Assembly (NCBI RefSeq): GCF_000143415.4
Contig: NW_003314262.1
Location: 3,854,021 to 3,918,020, forward strand
Length of the DNA: 64,000 nt
Direction: 5' to 3'
Source: Selaginella moellendorffii
Lineage: Eukaryota > Plantae > Lycopodiophyta
Shown here: piece after piece, positions 62,316 to 64,000 of the stretch
Layout: every line of letters begins with the position of its first letter
Numbering within the stretch: the stretch's first letter is position 1
Program-made: the position numbers and the translations under genes
Notes under the pieces: model-generated
The model's input: the letters and a program-made list of their open reading frames with translations, nothing else
What the model was told of the DNA's origin: nothing
Databases searched by the model: none

Positions 62316-64000
62316 TGTGAGTGAAATGGAATATAGAAAATGTGCATATCAATTAACCCAAAAACCATAGCTTATATACAAGAGCAAGTGGTCCGAATTG
62401 AAACCAATCCGAAGGCTACCAAAATCCCAGTATGCTAATATTAGTATATGGCATTGTAGCTATACACTTGGACCTTACATCATCCAGTCCTCTCGGAATA
62501 ATGGAAGACCATTAAGGTTCTCTTGTAGATGGCTAGAATTTGGAGGAACATAAGAGGAGGCATCAGTAAATTTATAGATGGTATTAATTGTTCTTGATCC
62601 CTTTGTATGAAGTATTTCAACTGTTACACATGCACAATTTTTAGAGGATCGGTGTACTGGACGTCATGCCAAACCTCATAAACTTGTAGTCCAACTTGCC
62701 ACAACACCCAATATGGTCATTTCCACTAAGCAAAAAGCCCCTTAGATAAACCACATACTATAAGATGGAAAAAACGGACTAACACCAAGTCATCCACTTT
62801 ATACTTTGTAGGTGGATGATGATGACAATTGTAGCATTATTGTTGTCCCACTTGTATGTGGCCTAAGTGTTTGGCAAACTTTGTTCGGACAAGTGGAAGA
62901 ATGCTCGTCAAATACTAATCCCACAACCTAGCATCAGTATCTCATGGCAATCACGAAGGTAAACCCAGCTCCATTGGTAATATTGGATCATGACCATATA
63001 AAAGTTTATATGGTGAAGCACCAGCAAAACTTTGCACCCCTGTGACATATGCATACCAAAGAGACGGCAAATAACTATCCCAATCCAAATGCTAAAAGTT
63101 TACGTACTTCGCGATCATTCATTTGAATGTTCAAACAATCCGTTCCACCAAACCGTCTGACTGTGGATGATAAGCACTCGTGAAAGTGTGCTATATCCCC
63201 AACTGAGACGTTAAAACATGAAATTCCTCAGCCATAAATGCGGGACCATTATCTGAAAGAATCCACTTCGGACAAGAATGCTAGAATACCACTCAATTAA
63301 GGAGGAAGTATCCAACAACAATTGCAAAGGCATTAGTAAGAGCACCAACTTCCACCCAATGAGTCAAATAATCAGAAGCAATAATAACATATTCATTGCC
63401 AGTAGTCGATTGTCGAAAAGGTCCCATAAGATCAAATGCCACTAACTCAAACGGATGGGAAATTGCAATTGACTCTAATCGTCCTTTTGTGGCATGAGGG
63501 GGAATATTACGAACTTGGCACCAAATGCAATTACGCATATACTGAATAACATTACGTTGCATCTCTGGCCAATAGAAAGACTTATATAGCTTCTCAATCA
63601 CACGATGATGTCCCATATGCCGGCCTAGGACAGGAGAATTATGGTAGGCATAGAGAAACCATGGAATAAAGATGGAATGCACCACTAGCCATAAAGGATT
63701 ATCAGAATCCGTCCCCACAAAATAAAAAAGGCCGTCTTTAAAGCGAAATAGAGAATGTAAATGCCGGAATGGCAAGTCATTAGCAAGTGATATAGGATTC
63801 TCAAACCCATCTCAAAGCCTTCGAATCCATGGCTCAATCTTTTGAGCCTCATGAACCTCATCAAGAGAAGGTAGATCTTGCTTTGCACCTTGTGGACACT
63901 GAACGTCAAGTACAGCAACTACTGATGGGACAGAATCCTCGTCTAGAAAATCCACAGATGTTGGAACAATAAGCTCGTCAGAAACATGAGAAGAGAGTGG
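62316..64000 (-). mobile_element. Decayed Ty3/gypsy element (integrase region), continues beyond the window
   Basis: H..GRHMG..CIWC zinc finger, PFELVAFDLMGPF, DYLTHWVE, YHPQSDG. Homology to the AT-rich block stops at TG 62316. Confidence 0.8.

Overview
Compact land-plant nuclear DNA. Introns of 50-80 nt, many decayed PLS-class PPR genes and a Tcn1-like chromovirus suggest a lycophyte, probably Selaginella; this is inference and was not verified. The backbone is a dispersed cluster of six two-exon ELIP (early light-inducible protein, LHC superfamily) genes in two subtypes. Four are intact and two are decayed, and the decayed ones have also lost their ABRE. Type-A copies are always followed by an intronless gene of unknown function (possibly a catalytically dead PD-(D/E)xK fold) and, where the window shows it, a PPR pseudogene. 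The left part has a near-perfect inverted duplication of at least 3 kb. It encloses an old Ty3/gypsy element that carries a nested 5S-rRNA-derived Cassandra TRIM. The middle 27 kb (15703-42814) is a head-to-tail Helitron array carrying captured PPR, polygalacturonase, F-box and RCL1 fragments. Four LTR elements are nested in it: an RT-deleted element, a chromovirus with a rearranged 5' LTR, a Tcn1/sushi-like element with a -1 frameshift pseudoknot and a possible self-priming site, and a 1.8 kb solo LTR with a hexamer-derived satellite. The right part holds a 5'-truncated SR45, two germin-like genes, an ABCC remnant and further retroelement debris. All coordinates and counts were read by eye.
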